DNA of 64,000 nt from Lingula anatina (taxonomy: Eukaryota; Animalia; Brachiopoda), in assembly GCA_051362555.1 (NCBI GenBank), contig CM120649.1, positions 17,498,567 through 17,562,566 on the forward strand. The letters run 5' to 3'. The position numbers and the translations under genes are program-made. Below, one piece after another: positions 61,001-64,000 of this stretch (its first letter is position 1; the number at the start of each line of letters is the position of its first letter). Below the pieces are notes generated by a model. The model was not told the origin of the DNA. It worked only from the letters and a program-made list of their open reading frames with translations, and did no database searches.

Positions 61001-64000
61001 AAATGATTACCTTTTAGCGGAGGTAAAATTGACAGATAATCAAAATCGTTCCTTTTTAGATTAGCTTCAACCCTGAAAACGACCCAAATTATCGACTAGT
61101 ATACTACTTACAGCCGCAAGGAACAGATTTGAAGAAGGGCTTAGTGATTGGGTTTAAGTCCCAATCAATGTTTGTTAGTCTAAGGAATGAATATTCCGTG
61201 GATAATTTTCATTCTCTAGGAGGAATTGTAATTGAGCAATGTGCATGGAACAATGTAGCAGTGACGTATACAAAAAACAGTGGAAATATATCGATTTACA
61301 AGGACTTGCAATTACTGGAAGAAAAACATGTGGGTAGTTATGACATGGTGACAGAGTATGACATCTACATAGGTAAGTACCTTTATGTTTTTTATTCTTG
61401 GCTTTAATATCCTTTTTCTTACACATATCATACTGCACTAGGGCATGTCTGAGCGAGCCGTTTCAAAATCTGTTTGCTACAAACGGTTGATTCATCTTTC
61501 CTTTGCATACATGTACGAGTGTTTTATCATGTCACCAAGTAAAATCACCCGATCTGATAGTTAAGGATTCCTGAATATGAAAACATACCATAACGTGACA
61601 GATCCTCGTTTGAATAACTGATAGCATAAGATAGTAACCATACGCTTAATGACCTAACGGTAGTTTCATCACCTCGACAACGTTTGTTTCGAATATTGCG
61701 CCACATACTGTCACACCATGAAACAAAATATCGTTCATAGTACATTGTATTTTCTTTTAAAATTAAATACTTAGTGAAAAAATGCAGTCATGGCGGGAGG
61801 GAAGGGTTTTGGAATGCTTTGGGGTCCATGAAAAAGTCTGCTCGGCAATTCGGTGGGAGCCTTCCTCTGTGTACCCATCATTCCGTATACGTGTCCCCAC
61901 AGTAAATGTGCCTTTTATAATGATATCAGTAGCTGCGTGGTGGATCTATATTCTTTGTGTATGAATGTTAGAATGTTAACCAAACAATAACTGCTTGCTC
62001 ATTTTTAGGCAAACGACACGGATTTGAAGGCAAACTTGGCTGCTTGATGATCTACAACACGTCTGCTAATAGCTCAGACTGGATCAAGAGGGCATGGGGC
62101 TTCTGCAATGCATCACGAGGTTTTATTTTTATAAACGTTATTATGATCGTTTATAATTTCGTAAGAATATTATCGGTAAATTTGTTACACTGTCAGTTCC
62201 TTTTAACTTTCCACCTGTTTGTCTAGCGTAAGTACTACATGTGTTTGGCAGGTGAGGTGCGTGTTTAGCTGACAGTAGATTTAGTAATTAATGATGTTCA
62301 TTATTGTGTTGGGTGTAATAATGGCAAATCAAAATATGTGAGGACACGAAGGGATAACACAGTGCTTGACGTTTAAAGTTTGGAAATTTTCAAATATGTT
62401 ACTACGTAAATTTCTCAGTGCTGTATTACGGGCAGCTAGCGAAGTTAAAATATGTGGACTGAAGATAAATTGTCTCGTTGATAAAGTCCTAACTAGCACA
62501 CAGCATCTTATTACCTTCAGCACCAGCTATTCCGATGTGCACCTTGAAAGAAGAGACACGTCCACCAACAACCCAACCAACACCCAAAACAGAGGTAGAG
62601 ACAAGTCTGCCAACAACCCATCTAACACCCAAAACAGAGGTAGAGACAAGTCCACCAACAACCCATCTAACACTCACAACAGAGGTAGAGACAAGTCCAC
62701 CAACAACCCAACCAACACTCACAACAGAGGTAGAGACAAGTCCACCAACAACCCAACCAAAACCCACAACAGAGGTAGAGACAAGTCCACCAACAACCCA
62801 ACAAAAACCCACAACAGAGGTAAAGACAAGTCCACCAACAACCCAACCAACACCCACAACAGAAGTAGAGACAAGTCCACCAACAACCCAACCAACACCC
62901 ACAACAGAAGTAGAGACAAGTCCACCAACAAACCAAACAACACCCAGAACAAATGTAGAGACAAGTCCACCAACAACCCAACAAAAACCCACAACAGAGG
63001 TAGAGACAAGTCCACCAACAACCCAACAAAAACCCACAACAGAGGTAAAGACAAGTCCACCAACAACCCAACCAACACCCACAACAGAAGTAGAGACAAG
63101 TCCACCAACAACCCAACCAACACCCACAACAGAAGTAGAGACAAGTCCACCAACAAACCAAACAACACCCAGAACAAATGTAGAGACAAGTCCACCAACA
63201 ACCCAACCAACACCTACAACAGAAGTAGAGACAAGTCCACCAACAACACAACCGATACCCACAACAGAGGTAGAGACAAGTCTGCCAACAACCCAACCAA
63301 CACTCACAACAAATGTAGAGACAAGTCCACCCACAGTCAAGCCAGCGCCCAAGTCCACGTCAGAGGCAGAGAAAAGTCCATCAACAACGGAAGCCACAAC
63401 AACATCAAAGGTAGAGACAACCACGCCTTCATTCCAACCATGTCTCAAGCCACCTGCACCACCCCATGCCAGGATAGCAAGTAATGTGTCCGACGAGCAA
63501 AGAGAGGGAGTCGTTAATATCACCTTGGTGTGTGAAGAAGGTTTCTTTTTCCCTGACGGCACAGTGAATAGATCAGTGAGCTGTGTTCCTGGTAAAGGAT
63601 GGAAGAATTTACAGGGTTGTGTAGGTACGCCATTTTGCTGTATTGGTAGTTTCTTCACGGATAAGTCCACTGCCTTGATTCATAGTGGTGCAGAAGTGTA
63701 TTTGCTTCTCATTGACTGTTGGCGCTCTTCTGTTTTGATCATGTACAGCGAAGTAATGATACATCCTTATATTTCAGAGACAATCCCAGAAGTAAAACCA
63801 AAACCAAAAGGCCAAAGATACCCACCGAAGGAGGCTCCGCTTACCGTTGTTGTTCCAACCGCAACTGTTGCCATAAGTGTTTTAGTAGGCCTCGTCGCAT
63901 TGGTTGTTGTGTCTGATCTCCCAATATTGTACAGGCACGGGAGGATGGCGGTGCGCAGAGTGCGTGGTTGGTTGCGACGATTTAGGGGAAGACGAACAAA
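56262..64000 (+). CDS. Paralogue B of the LamG-sushi-LamG-mucin-sushi-TM gene, truncated by window end in last exon
   Basis: Exons 56262-56355, 58640-59296, 59878-60045, 60445-60662, 61060-61372, 62009-62119, 62521-63624, 63778 to beyond 64000; all indels relative to A are multiples of 3. Confidence 0.85.
58640..59296 (+). CDS. Paralogue B exon 2, LamG domain 1
   Basis: Homologous to 44726-45394; donor TTAA/GTAAGT. Confidence 0.9.
59878..60045 (+). CDS. Paralogue B exon 3, sushi domain
   Basis: CPPPECG...FDCLPGY...CLGNLTWSGRPMTC. Confidence 0.95.
60445..60662 (+). CDS. Paralogue B exon 4, LamG domain 2 N-terminal part
   Basis: Homologous to 46311-46525. Confidence 0.9.
61060..61372 (+). 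CDS. Paralogue B exon 5, LamG domain 2 core
   Basis: Homologous to 48060-48381, 9 nt shorter. Confidence 0.9.
62009..62119 (+). CDS. Paralogue B exon 6
   Basis: Homologous to 49016-49126. Confidence 0.8.
62521..63624 (+). CDS. Paralogue B exon 7, mucin repeat (about 17 units) plus sushi-like domain
   Basis: 1104 nt, exactly 6 x 45 nt longer than in A. Confidence 0.9.
62552..63330 (+). repeat. Coding 45-bp VNTR, paralogue B
   Basis: Same unit, with an internal 225-bp higher-order duplication. Confidence 0.95.
63778..64000 (+). CDS. Paralogue B exon 8, TM and tail (partial)
   Basis: ETIPEVKPKPKGQRYPPKEAPLTVVVPTATVAISVLVGLVALVVVSDLPILYR... Confidence 0.85.

Larger units (their letters stand above)
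34880..64000 (+). repeat. Tandem segmental duplication: copy A about 34880-50779+, copy B about 53740 to beyond 64000
   Basis: Collinear matches of upstream DNA, introns and exons, e.g. tgaagcaagtgac...ctctgttacgattgttta at about 34903 and about 53757. Confidence 0.95.

Noticed and set aside
34880-64000. Duplication as a haplotype assembly artefact
   Set aside because: Copies differ by multi-kb insertions and extensive coding divergence, which favours true paralogues; read depth should still be checked

Overview
AT-rich animal genomic DNA, not prokaryotic: GT-AG introns, microsatellites, MITEs and LINE relics point to an invertebrate, probably a mollusc or other lophotrochozoan (inference). 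(1) The minus strand of the left half carries the 5' part of a cadherin gene. Ten phase-consistent coding exons (28142 down to 2112, continuing beyond the window start) encode a signal peptide and EC1 to early EC4, with PCDH15/Cad99C hallmarks. (2) The plus strand of the right half holds a tandem duplication (about 34.9-50.8 kb and 53.7 kb to beyond 64 kb) of an 8-exon gene for an uncharacterised type-I membrane protein: signal peptide, LamG, sushi, LamG, 15-aa Pro/Thr mucin VNTR, sushi-like, TM, basic tail. The two paralogues are nearly identical except in the central LamG segments and the mucin repeat number. (3) Transposon material includes a 614-bp element with perfect 77-bp TIRs that retains a RecQ-helicase motif fragment, a Harbinger-type MITE, a TTAA-flanked 2.9-kb insertion, L2/CR1 and RTE relics and a 2-kb minisatellite. 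Comparing the paralogues shows recurrent 5-6-bp palindromic insertions at TA dinucleotides, resembling Tc1/mariner excision footprints; two lie in frame in a variable LamG loop. All alignments were made by eye; no database searches were run.
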